DNA of 32,000 nucleotides, taken from assembly GCA_963699255.1 (NCBI GenBank), contig OY969425.1, positions 930,001 through 962,000 on the forward strand. The letters are read 5' to 3'. Both the position numbers and the translations under genes were made by a program. This DNA comes from an uncultured bacterium. GTDB taxonomy: Bacteria; Margulisbacteria; WOR-1; CAVSGV01. Under the pieces are notes generated by a model that saw nothing but the letters and a program-made list of their open reading frames with translations, had not been told where the DNA came from and did not search any database. Position 1 is the first letter of the stretch, and each line of letters opens with the position of its first letter. This document shows positions 1-8,837 of the stretch, in pieces.

Positions 1-3000
1 GTGAAAACAAGTTTATATGTTCCGTTAGTTACCTCGCCTTCGTCGCTTTTGCCATCCCAGACCACATTATTTACGGCATCCTGCGAAGCGATAATATCTA
101 TCTTCCTGACAAGTTGATCACTAAGGTCTTTGAACTCAAGCGAAACAGCCGCCGCCTTTGACAGAGCAAATGAAATTTGGGTGCTATCATTAATGCCGTC
201 ATCATTCGGAGTTATCAGGTTTGTTGAAAGACTGATATTTGATATTTTGGGTTTGATAGTATCAACAATTACTTCCTTTGAGGTTTCGCGGTAATTGCCC
301 GCCTTATCGGTCGCATTGACGTACAACAAGTAGTGTCCGTCGGAGACTCTTTTGCCGTAATAGTCTTTTCCATCCCATGAAATATTATATTTCCCGCATT
401 CGGGTTCTCTCAAATTGAGAAGTGCGGTTATGTAATTATATTGATTATCAAAAATATTCACATTGACGCTCTGAAGCTCAATCGAACCAGCATCAGTTAC
501 CCTGAATGTCGCATCAAGTGTGCCGGATGCAACAGGAGAGAAATAATTGTTGTTCATGAAGAAGTCGTAAATCGTTGGAGGGGTGAAGTCGCAAACGGCG
601 TGGATCTGGCGGGCTTCGTTTCGAGCTTCACTTGTATCATCATAAGTAAATGGAGCAATCGATCCGATCTGTCCGTATCCGTCGCTATCTCTGTAAGCAG
701 TCCCGTTAAATGCCCTGACATTTATAGCCCACAAACCTTCGCTTGGCAGGGATAAGTGAATAGACCTTGTTTCCGGAGAGACGTTATCTATCAGGACTTC
801 CCAGTGATCTCTATCGCTTCGCTTGCCGACTATTTGATATTGTTGAAGCTGGATAAAATCGCTTTCGTGGGTGCTGCCCCATGAAATATCTAGACCTTTG
901 TTATTTATATAATATGTTTCGGCAGTGGGAATGGTGACATGGAAATCGGAAGGCGGCAAATCGGTGCAACATGACTGGATCTTGTTTTTCTTTGCATCGC
1001 AAAAATATAATTTGTTTACACCTTTTTCATTCCTGACCAATACTTTCAACGGCGAAGGGGAAAGCCTGTGGTTGCCATAGGTGCATGTGTACTTTAAATC
1101 CTTTGTGTATCTCTGTATCCTGTGATTACCTTTATCTGCTATATAGAGTGTAGCGGCATCAGCTGTTACAGAATACGCGTAAGTTGAGACCGGAAAATTA
1201 AACCCAACATCTGACAGCGAACCAGAAAAAGAGCCTGAATAATCGAACTGTTGCACTCTATTATTAAGTGAATCTGATACATAAATGCCATTTCCTTTCA
1301 CTGAAACCGATGACGGCATACTGAATTCATCGTCAAAAGTCCCCGATATTTTATTGGAGTAAAAAGTCTTGTATACTTCATGCCCCACAAACCAGGAATT
1401 TCCAAGCTGATAATTTTCTTTGCCAATAACAATATCAAATTTAGAAGCGTTGCCATCATAATCGTATTTTAATATGCGATTATTTAGTGAGTCAGAAACG
1501 TAAACATATCCATTGTTGTCCGTTGTTATCCCCTTTGGAAGATTGAATCTTTCCCCTTCATATGTTCTTGTTTCCCAGTCATCTGAATTGGGAGGCGGGT
1601 TCATTAAATCGTGATAGTTATCTCTTTCGCGTATAAATTTCGCATAGACCTCCGGGCCACTAATATGACTAATCACCTTTAAAGAATCACTCAACACCAG
1701 GACTCGATTATGATAAGTATCGCTGACATAAACCCTGGCGCCATCCGGCGAACAGGCAATGCCATAAGGCCCGGATAGGCCGCTAAAAGAAGCAAGTTGG
1801 ATGCCATTCGGATCATATTTCACGACCTTACCAAGCTGGCAGTAGACAACATACTCATTACCGAATTTATCATATTCAAAATCGCTGATGGCAGGCAATT
1901 CGCTGGTGGGAGGGGGCGTTTCTGAAAGAAGTTCGCAAGCCGATTGCGCATTTACTCTTCCAGCTCCCATGCCTTCGCCAATATAATCAGCCGTACCTTC
2001 TAAAATGCCTTCAACCTCATCCGGGGTTGCATTCGGTTTTAAAGACTTTATTAATGCGGCTACCCCGGAAACAAAAGGTGCAGACATAGAGGTTCCCCAT
2101 TTCCAAACATAACTATTATTTGCTAAGCCACAGGATAAAATCTTTCTTCCGTAAAGTTCCCAGTTATCCGACGAAACATAAAAAGATCCTCCTGGAGCGC
2201 AAATATCAACCCAAGGGCCGTAATTAGAATAACCCACATAATGTGCATCAGGGCCACCTTTATATCCCGCACGATTATCAGAAGTATCAGTTGCTCCAAC
2301 AGCTATCACATGGTTATATGCGGCCGGATATCTCGGTTGAGATGTATTATCATTTCCCGCAGCCGCAACCAAAATGCATCCACTGGCATAAGCATAATTT
2401 ATCGCGTCTTGCTCAGCAGTAGAATAATCACTACCACCAAAACTCATATTTATGATATTAGCGCCATTATCAGCTGCATATTGAATTCCAGCAATAATAT
2501 CCCAATCATTACCACTTCCACTTGAATTGAAAGTTTTTATTGCCAAGATTTTACAATTCCAGTCTACACCCGCTATTCCTTTTCTATTATTTGTATTTGC
2601 CCCTATGATCCCCGCGACATGAGTTCCATGGCCATTATCATCCATCGGATTATAATCGCCCGGATAACCTTCTGAAGTAAGGTAATTGCGACCTAAAATT
2701 ACCTTTCCCGCCAAATCTTCATGGTTATAATTAACTCCCGTATCTAGCACAGCAATCGTCACATTATTGCTTCCTGTGGTGATATCCCATGCATTTGGCG
2801 CACCTATTTTATATAATGCCCATTGATTATCTCCTTGTTGCTGATATTGTTTAAATAATGGATCATTGGGTGTTGCATATATTGTTCTAATATAATCAGG
2901 TGAAACATATTCAATATTCGGATCTTTTTTGTATTCTTCAACCATTGACTCAATGCTTACATCTTCAGGTGCTTCAATAATATAATAACTTGAAAGATCA

Positions 3001-3293
3001 GGAACCGTAATGACCCTTTTGCCGACCCTAACGGTTCCGGTCGCGAGTTTTTGCTTGTTGAACATTCTCGAAAATGTTTTTATTTTGAATTTTGTATTTT
3101 TAGCTTGCAACGAAGATGCGATATTTTGCGGCGCGATATTAGAAAGTATTGAAAAGGTGCCCGCAGATGATTTTACGGCATTGGGCGCAGTTTTGATAAT
3201 AATCCTGCCAGGGACATATTTCTGATCAGCGAAAGATCTGGTACCAAGCAAGCAAATCAGAAATAAGGTCAATATAATATAAGTTTTTTTCAT
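1..3293 (-). CDS. Secreted subtilisin-like (peptidase S8) serine protease with NHL-like beta-propeller repeats and C-terminal FlgD/Ig-like region; C-terminus truncated by window edge
   Basis: Manual minus-strand translation from ATG at 3293: signal peptide MKKTYIILTLFLICLLG, catalytic D motif TIAVLDTGVN (~2760), H motif NGHGTHVAG (~2620-2636), S motif WGTSMSAPFVSGVAA (~2099), then repeated P.GI..D..G.VYVSD..N.RI-type blades, then NLITPNDDGIND plus NVVWDGKSDEG.V.NGTYKL at the edge. Anchors at 2762, 2636, 2099, 1829, 1559, 1139, 719 and 221 are all in one frame. Absent from the ORF track because no stop occurs inside the window. Confidence 0.93.
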   Translation of the reverse strand, partial: MKKTYIILTLFLICLLGTRSFADQKYVPGRIIIKTAPNAVKSSAGTFSILSNIAPQNIASSLQAKNTKFKIKTFSRMFNKQKLATGTVRVGKRVITVPDLSSYYIIEAPEDVSIESMVEEYKKDPNIEYVSPDYIRTIYATPNDPLFKQYQQQGDNQWALYKIGAPNAWDITTGSNNVTIAVLDTGVNYNHEDLAGKVILGRNYLTSEGYPGDYNPMDDNGHGTHVAGIIGANTNNRKGIAGVDWNCKILAIKTFNSSGSGNDWDIIAGIQYAADNGANIINMSFGGSDYSTAEQDAINYAYASGCILVAAAGNDNTSQPRYPAAYNHVIAVGATDTSDNRAGYKGGPDAHYVGYSNYGPWVDICAPGGSFYVSSDNWELYGRKILSCGLANNSYVWKWGTSMSAPFVSGVAALIKSLKPNATPDEVEGILEGTADYIGEGMGAGRVNAQSACELLSETPPPTSELPAISDFEYDKFGNEYVVYCQLGKVVKYDPNGIQLASFSGLSGPYGIACSPDGARVYVSDTYHNRVLVLSDSLKVISHISGPEVYAKFIRERDNYHDLMNPPPNSDDWETRTYEGERFNLPKGITTDNNGYVYVSDSLNNRILKYDYDGNASKFDIVIGKENYQLGNSWFVGHEVYKTFYSNKISGTFDDEFSMPSSVSVKGNGIYVSDSLNNRVQQFDYSGSFSGSLSDVGFNFPVSTYAYSVTADAATLYIADKGNHRIQRYTKDLKYTCTYGNHRLSPSPLKVLVRNEKGVNKLYFCDAKKNKIQSCCTDLPPSDFHVTIPTAETYYINNKGLDISWGSTHESDFIQLQQYQIVGKRSDRDHWEVLIDNVSPETRSIHLSLPSEGLWAINVRAFNGTAYRDSDGYGQIGSIAPFTYDDTSEARNEARQIHAVCDFTPPTIYDFFMNNNYFSPVASGTLDATFRVTDAGSIELQSVNVNIFDNQYNYITALLNLREPECGKYNISWDGKDYYGKRVSDGHYLLYVNATDKAGNYRETSKEVIVDTIKPKISNISLSTNLITPNDDGINDSTQISFALSKAAAVSLEFKDLSDQLVRKIDIIASQDAVNNVVWDGKSDEGEVTNGTYKLVF

Positions 3294-3303
3294 TTTTACT
3301 CAA

Positions 3304-4521
3304 TTAAAAGGAGCATTCCAATCCCCCTAGAATCAACATATTTCTTTGGCCCGAAATTAAATGCTCTCTGCCATCCCCGGGACTTTGTAGGCCAGTCATT
3401 GGGGGTATTGTATTCCAAAAATTTGACATATTAACAGGGACGTCCTGATAATAAACGCAGGCCAATTCAAACGAATAATCTGCTTTTCTATAATTAACGC
3501 CAAAAGTCAGATCTAACAGATTATTTGTTTCCAAATAATTTGTATCAGCGGGCAGATTCTTTAGAATGGCTCCGCACAAGACAGACAAATCATCATAAAT
3601 CTTATATTCAATTCCCGCATTCGTGCTTGTGAAAACATTCTTATCGGAATTTACAAAATACCAGTTCTTTGCCGCTCCAAAACCCAGGGTCGTGTTTTTA
3701 AAAAGCTTTAATGAAATCCCTGCTGCCTGCCGTCTTTGCGTTGCAATGGGGATTTCGTAAAGATCAGTATAGTTGGACATAAAATGGGCTGACAATAGAT
3801 TTGGAATAACCTGATAATCTCCATTTGCAGATATTACATCTCCAGTTTTATTTCCCGCTTGATAATATAATGCCAAATAAGCATTATTATTGAATATTCT
3901 GGTAAATATTCCAGGTACATCTTTAATAATCACCTCATCATACTCGTTGGATATGTGCCCTGAGCCACCGCTTATAATATCTGCTTCTTCAGAATAGTGA
4001 AAATTCGCTTCCCCTCTTTTGGATGATGCACCAAGTACCAACCAATCCAGAGCTTTATAACTCAAGCCGATTTCCAATGATTCAAAATATCCTTTTTTGT
4101 TTGTGTTGACATCATAATCTTTTTCTGTCAAGTCCACTCCGGTAAAAGTGAAATAAGATATGTCGGAATTCACATTCATATTCGAATAGGCAGTATACAT
4201 GGCAATTTGATCGCTTAATTTTAATGCGACATTAATATTATGGAATCCACCAGCGCTTGTCCTCTCATCATATGAATGAGGATATGTCTGCTTAGGAAAG
4301 GAGTTAGATAAATTTGAAATGCCTGATGATAAATAGATTTGACTGTTTTTTAAAGTCGAGAGCGCGGTAACATCATATAAATAATCGCTCTCATCCTCCA
4401 TTATCCCCTGCATATCTCCCATAGCCATAAGACGAAGAGAGGAGCAATGGCAAGCGGATGACATCGATATAGTTAAACAAACAATCGTGATCAATCCCAC
4501 TAGGGCGTTCTTATTAAACAT
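3304..4521 (-). CDS. Predicted outer-membrane beta-barrel protein (secreted, 405 aa)
   Basis: N-terminal signal-like hydrophobic segment; many alternating aromatic/polar strands; C-terminal ...MLILGGLECSF ending in Phe, as in outer-membrane barrels. Confidence 0.6.
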   Translation of the reverse strand: MFNKNALVGLITIVCLTISMSSACHCSSLRLMAMGDMQGIMEDESDYLYDVTALSTLKNSQIYLSSGISNLSNSFPKQTYPHSYDERTSAGGFHNINVALKLSDQIAMYTAYSNMNVNSDISYFTFTGVDLTEKDYDVNTNKKGYFESLEIGLSYKALDWLVLGASSKRGEANFHYSEEADIISGGSGHISNEYDEVIIKDVPGIFTRIFNNNAYLALYYQAGNKTGDVISANGDYQVIPNLLSAHFMSNYTDLYEIPIATQRRQAAGISLKLFKNTTLGFGAAKNWYFVNSDKNVFTSTNAGIEYKIYDDLSVLCGAILKNLPADTNYLETNNLLDLTFGVNYRKADYSFELACVYYQDVPVNMSNFWNTIPPMTGLQSPGDGREHLISGQRNMLILGGLECSF

Positions 4522-4536
4522 TTATTTGTTTCCTCT

Positions 4537-5010
4537 CTATTTTATATCGATACAAATTGTCTGCGAATTCACTTTTGGGCTGACCATAAATGTTCCCGTA
4601 ACATAGTATTCTCCCTCAGGGACATTTTTGCCCGAAGTATCCTTTTGATCCCAGATATAGTTAAACTTCAATTTTTCGTTTGTTTTCAACTGAAATGGGA
4701 TCACTTCCATCAAAAACATCTTATTTTGAGACCATCTCCATACTTCAGCCCCATCCTTATCAGAAACAAAAAAATCAAACTTTTGCGAAGAAGAATAATA
4801 GGAAGAGACGGCTTCCGAACTTGTATTTGTGACCTTTATGGACATTTTTATTTTTTCTCCCAATGAATAAGTGTTTTTATCTATGGTTATTTCTATGTGG
4901 TATGGCGATGTTTCAAGAGGGTTACCCGGTTTCTCCCCAAAGCCAAGCACGAATGAAGGATGTGCTAATAGGATCATGCAGATACCCAGAGTAAGAAGTT
5001 TATTTAACAT
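4537..5010 (-). CDS. Secreted BsuPI-type (intracellular proteinase inhibitor) domain protein
   Basis: SSSQKFDFFVSDKDGAEVWRWSQNKMFLMEVIPFQLKTNEKLKFNYIWDQ...VPEGEYYVTGTF matches the BsuPI signature; signal peptide MLNKLLTLGICMILLAHPSFVLG. Start chosen at 5010 (GAGAGG Shine-Dalgarno-like sequence 7 nt upstream) rather than the track start 5037, which lies in the leader hairpin. Confidence 0.8.
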   Translation of the reverse strand: MLNKLLTLGICMILLAHPSFVLGFGEKPGNPLETSPYHIEITIDKNTYSLGEKIKMSIKVTNTSSEAVSSYYSSSQKFDFFVSDKDGAEVWRWSQNKMFLMEVIPFQLKTNEKLKFNYIWDQKDTSGKNVPEGEYYVTGTFMVSPKVNSQTICIDIK

Positions 5011-5110
5011 AAAAAAGCCTCTCTTTTTTCGAGGCAAGCCCCGATAGAATCGGGTGGGTATCCAGCCCCGGAAAGCACAAATTATAGCACTTTTTTAGTG
5101 CTTTGACAGA
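5011..5110 (-). promoter_or_regulatory. Promoter and structured 5' leader upstream of the BsuPI-domain gene; candidate cis-regulatory RNA
   Basis: On minus strand: CTGTCA - 17 nt - TATAAT (-10 at 5086-5081), then leader with perfect CCCGAT-TCT-ATCGGG hairpin (5054-5040) and GCCTC-GAAAAAAGA-GAGGC hairpin (5035-5017). The latter contains the SD-like GAGAGG and is followed by TTTTTT-ATG. Confidence 0.5.
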
Positions 5111-5174
5111 GGGCGAGGGAGCTAGTTTACTTATGCAATGTTGCATATATCCCAAAAGCAAAAGCTGTTCCAAT

Positions 5175-5867
5175 CTAAGAGGTTTTACTGTTGATTTGAT
5201 CAATCAACTTTTGAATTTTTCCAATGCCAATAAAGTCATCAACATGTCCCTTAGCCTTTGCCCATTTCATTAGTGGCACCTTTACCTTACCTTTTTCATC
5301 TTGTTCTGCTATTTTATCGATATCATCCCAATAAGTCCCAACATAATAAAAAAGAACCTTCATATCATTTTTCAATCCTTCTTTCAAAAGAAGGCCATTT
5401 AAGATTGCGCTTCTGATGCTGTTTGTATCTAAAAAGTTGCCCTTGAACTCAATGAATACAGCCGTACCCCCCTCTTTAGTTTTCAAATAACAATCTGCTC
5501 CAATGGTTGCTTTTTCGTTATTTAACTTTATCTCCACATTCCTCCTGGCCTGTTGAATAAGACCACAGCGGGCACTGACTAGCATACCAATCATTGTTTC
5601 CATGTAGTGGACATGGGCATTTGCTCTTCCTGATTTCATGTTAAGCCAATATTCCTGTATCTTATTAAGAACCTCTTCTTTCCACTTTTTTACCTCATTG
5701 CTATCCTCTTCAAGAATTTCCAGGCTTTTTCTATACCATGGATAAGCGCAAGCCGTACTGGCATTGCTTGGGGTACATTTTGGCTTCAGGCATTCAATAT
5801 TCATTTCCTTGAAATTTGGATCATTGATAATCCGGACATTGTTGCAGGGTTTTACATTGTTTAACAT
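5175..5867 (-). CDS. Hypothetical protein with PD-(D/E)XK-like nuclease motif
   Basis: Open frame of 230 aa with IGADCYLKTKEGGTAVFIEFKGNF (D...ExK spacing of restriction-endonuclease-like folds). Confidence 0.5.
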   Translation of the reverse strand: MLNNVKPCNNVRIINDPNFKEMNIECLKPKCTPSNASTACAYPWYRKSLEILEEDSNEVKKWKEEVLNKIQEYWLNMKSGRANAHVHYMETMIGMLVSARCGLIQQARRNVEIKLNNEKATIGADCYLKTKEGGTAVFIEFKGNFLDTNSIRSAILNGLLLKEGLKNDMKVLFYYVGTYWDDIDKIAEQDEKGKVKVPLMKWAKAKGHVDDFIGIGKIQKLIDQINSKTS

Positions 5868-5887
5868 GAGTTATAATATTCGAAGTA

Positions 5888-6244
5888 TTACGAACCGCCG
5901 ATGTCGCGAATGGCCTTGCTTAGTGAAGTCTGCTTAAATGCTCCAAACATATTCCCATAAAAATTATGGCCCCATTCTTTCCATTGTTCTGTATTTTTAC
6001 AACTGAGGCCGAGATTGTCCAGATAGCTTTGAGGAATCCTAAGGCCAAATTCAATGATATCTTTTAGTACTATTATATCTTTTTGAAATTGATCGGGGTT
6101 TTCGTCTGGATCCGCGAATCTATTGCGAGATACGTCTCTAATAATATCTATTAGGCGTGAGATATCATCACAGGTATATTCCCCGACATTGAAATTCTCG
6201 CTTATTTTCAAGAGAGCTTTGGCTTGTTCATCATTGAAATCCAT
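5888..6244 (-). CDS. Hypothetical protein
   Basis: 118 aa ORF directly upstream of and co-directional with the PD-(D/E)XK-like gene. Confidence 0.5.
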   Translation of the reverse strand: MDFNDEQAKALLKISENFNVGEYTCDDISRLIDIIRDVSRNRFADPDENPDQFQKDIIVLKDIIEFGLRIPQSYLDNLGLSCKNTEQWKEWGHNFYGNMFGAFKQTSLSKAIRDIGGS

Positions 6245-6324
6245 ATGTTTACCCCCTTAATTATTCTAATGGATACTATCGGTTGTGTTCGGGAGTATAA
6301 CACACAGATACAATAGGCTCCATC

Positions 6325-6576
6325 ATGAAAGCAATGTCATTCTATAAACCGGACAAAGCACTGCTTAAGGCGATAGCGCAAGAATTCAAATCAACACGGC
6401 TAAAGAGAGGATTAACAATTGAGGAACTTTCTGATCTTTGCGGTTTACATGAGAAGTATCTGCAGACTATAGAAAGAAATCACAGAAATATATCCTTATC
6501 AGTATTTGTCCAGATAGCGAAAGCTCTTAAAGTATCGCCATCTAAGCTGCTTGAGAAGACACTAACAGCTAGATAG
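6325..6576 (+). CDS. XRE-family helix-turn-helix regulator (controller-protein-like size)
   Basis: KSTRLKRGLTIEELSDLCGLHEKYLQTIERNHRNISLSVFVQIAKALKVSPSKLL is a classic HTH_3 pattern; divergent from the 5888-6244 gene. Start could be the internal Met at 6334. Confidence 0.85.
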   Translation: MKAMSFYKPDKALLKAIAQEFKSTRLKRGLTIEELSDLCGLHEKYLQTIERNHRNISLSVFVQIAKALKVSPSKLLEKTLTAR

Positions 6577-6587
6577 CTTCTGACAAT

Positions 6588-6911
6588 CTATATCATCCCT
6601 CTGGCATCCATCACATCTTTTAATGTCTTATCATGAAAATGTAGGTCTCTTTCAATCCCCAGACCGAATTTACCCCTGAAGCTCTCAAGCTCATCAAGAC
6701 TGAATGTGCCTAACTCTGCCATCTCTGGGTCTCCCAGGTTGGCATATCCAAAAAATATCCGGTCAACAGGATCATATTCAACAGCATACCATCGACCCCC
6801 GCCTGTAGGATTAAAGAACTTCACTATAACCTTTATATCCTCTGCATGTTTCTGAGAGGTATCTCCCTGAGCTTCAAAGGCTTCTAATAGTTCCTTAGTT
6901 ATCAGTTTCAC
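6588..6911 (-). CDS. DUF2958 domain protein
   Basis: DIKVIVKFFNPTGGGRWYAVEYDPVDRIFFGYANLGDPEMAELGTFSLDEL matches the DUF2958 pattern common on plasmids/ICEs. Confidence 0.8.
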   Translation of the reverse strand: MKLITKELLEAFEAQGDTSQKHAEDIKVIVKFFNPTGGGRWYAVEYDPVDRIFFGYANLGDPEMAELGTFSLDELESFRGKFGLGIERDLHFHDKTLKDVMDARGMI

Positions 6912-7260
6912 TGTTATCGGTCTCCTTCAGTGAGTTCTTGTAAAACTTTGTATCCAGCATTTGCATGTTATCGGCCACAACCTCCGCAAATGACCGCTTC
7001 TCTCCGTTCTTCTCATATTTGCGTATCGTCAGCTTGCCCTCGATAGCCACAGGCTTACCTTTTTTCAGGTATTCCCCACATACCTTCGCAAGACCTCTCC
7101 AGGCAACGACATTGATGAAATCCACTTCCTTCTCTCCGTTCTTGCCGGATCTTTCTACTGCAAGAGCAAATCTTGCCACAGGAATCTCGTTAGTGGTGTA
7201 TCTGACCTCTGGATCCGCAGCAAGCCGCCCCACAAGGATAGTTCTGTTTAAAGATATCAT
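6895..7260 (-). CDS. ssb: Single-stranded DNA-binding protein
   Basis: MISLNRTILVGRLAADPEVRYTTNEIPVARFALAVER...DFINVVAWRGLAKVCGEYLKKGKPVAIEGKLTIR..Y; strong GGAGGTG SD upstream. Confidence 0.95.
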   Translation of the reverse strand: MISLNRTILVGRLAADPEVRYTTNEIPVARFALAVERSGKNGEKEVDFINVVAWRGLAKVCGEYLKKGKPVAIEGKLTIRKYEKNGEKRSFAEVVADNMQMLDTKFYKNSLKETDNSETDN

Positions 7261-7412
7261 TTTTTCACCTCCCTTATTTCTTGATCAAAACAATAAACAT
7301 CATCGGGCTGATCTCTATAAGCAAGCTCTTCTTTTGCTTTTTGTTTGCTCTGAGCTTCGATAATATATTTTTGAACGGTGGTTTCAATTATTTCATATTT
7401 CTTCATTTTCAT
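7257..7412 (-). CDS. Small hypothetical protein translationally coupled to ssb
   Basis: Manual read: MKMKKYEIIETTVQKYIIEAQSKQKAKEELAYRDQPDDVYCFDQEIREVKK (51 aa); its stop overlaps the ssb start (ATGA). Below the track length cutoff. Confidence 0.6.
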   Translation of the reverse strand: MKMKKYEIIETTVQKYIIEAQSKQKAKEELAYRDQPDDVYCFDQEIREVKK

Positions 7413-7443
7413 TTTATTTCACCCCCTTTCTTAGCTCTAACAA

Positions 7444-7668
7444 CTAAATAAGGCTATTTACTGTTTCCACCATGCTTTGAAGTTTCTCTGTTAGCTCCTC
7501 GAACTTCTTTCGCTTGTGTTTATCTTGGCCTTTCTGGTTCAGCTTTGCCTCCACCTTTACAAGATAATCGTAGAGAGCAAAGTGAAGAATCCCTAGTTCA
7601 TCAAAGCCAAGCTCCACAGTCACATGATTTCTGTCAACCTTTAACAGCTTCATGTCTGCCTCCGACAA
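7444..7668 (-). CDS. Hypothetical protein (74 aa)
   Basis: Charged, helical ORF co-directional in the element. Confidence 0.5.
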   Translation of the reverse strand: MSEADMKLLKVDRNHVTVELGFDELGILHFALYDYLVKVEAKLNQKGQDKHKRKKFEELTEKLQSMVETVNSLI

Positions 7669-7893
7669 TCATCATATTTCCTAAATGTAACTCGAATATT
7701 TGTCGTTAACGCAACAGATACTCATTTAGGTCTTCCACATCCCACACTTAAACCACTTGTCCAGAGCCACTTGTCCAGAAAGTGAGAATGTATCCGCAGT
7801 TTTCGCCGGCACTGTAAATATTTTCATCTCTTACTCTCCTGTACAATCGATTACTTTGATTGCCCCTCATGTGGATCCTGCCCTTTTATGCGA

Positions 7894-8115
7894 CTATACC
7901 TGCGTTCCACAATAGGCACAGACAATGACCGCTGGTTCAAAATCTTCACACGTCGTGTCTCCTACCTCCGCTATAAGTCGGCCGTCAACCTTGTGGAATT
8001 CGACCTCTTGCGTCACATGCGCAAAACCTCGTTCAAAGAACTTTTTTGTGTTCCCGCAGTTTTGACACGTGTAAACTGCCTCACTTTTCTTAAGCTCTTG
8101 CTTGGTTTCCAACAT
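7894..8115 (-). CDS. Zinc-ribbon protein
   Basis: CQNCGNTKKF...CEDFEPAVIVCAYCGTQV contains two CxxC pairs. Start at 8115 supported by GGGGGTG SD-like sequence. Confidence 0.6.
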   Translation of the reverse strand: MLETKQELKKSEAVYTCQNCGNTKKFFERGFAHVTQEVEFHKVDGRLIAEVGDTTCEDFEPAVIVCAYCGTQV

Positions 8116-8216
8116 CTTCACCCCCTTGTACACTTATTTTAATTTATTTTATTTGTATTCAAATCGCCTCACTCCGCTTAAGTTCCTGCTTGGCTTTCAG
8201 CATGTTTACCCTCTTG
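8078..8216 (-). repeat. Tandem partial duplication of the 5' end of the zinc-ribbon gene
   Basis: 8166-8216 closely resembles 8078-8130. On the minus strand the extra copy reads MLKAKQELKRSEAI*, against MLETKQELKKSEAVYTCQNCG in the intact gene. Confidence 0.6.
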
Positions 8217-8837
8217 AATTTTTTATTTTATTTATTTTTCAAGCTCAATACGCATATTCACACTCGAACCTCTGCCAGTTATCTCCTGCAACCATCCTAA
8301 ATCGAGCTGTACGCGATGTTCCTGCCGCAACAATATCCTTTTATATCCTGCGCCCCATCTCATCTTACAATCGATTTTCCACGGCCCCTATACCTTGTCC
8401 TGAATGTTTTCGCGTTCTTCTGATCATTTGCGCTCTTACTGACCGATTGCCCCTTTATAAAAATCCAGAAGGAACCTGTGATTTTCACCTGGGCCACGAC
8501 AAATATTTTTCTGGAACGGCCCAGTAGTCTTAATATTTTATTTGCGGCTCCTTTCTTCAAACCTGATATTCATGCTCGAACCCCTCCAAAGTATCGCCGT
8601 ATCCCGCTCCAAACAGATGTTTACGCTGGTTATAGCATCGAACAATATATTTACCTTCTCTCGAAACTAACGCCTTGTATAACTGATTTTTCAAGACCCA
8701 ATACCTTGCTTTTCTCTTACTTTCACGGAAGAAGGCCTCTTTTCTTGTTCATGAACAAGTATCAAGGCCTATTATCATCCTTAGTTATTAACCAATGTAT
8801 TAATACCCTTTTACATACTTTGTATTTATAACTTAAA

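Noticed and set aside
441-3225. Plus-strand ORFs at 441-755, 2241-2525 and 3010-3225
   Set aside because: They are antisense to the continuous minus-strand S8 protease frame with clear catalytic motifs.
5000-5203. 67 aa minus ORF across the leader of the BsuPI-domain gene
   Set aside because: Low-complexity and overlaps the promoter and hairpins; no family resemblance.
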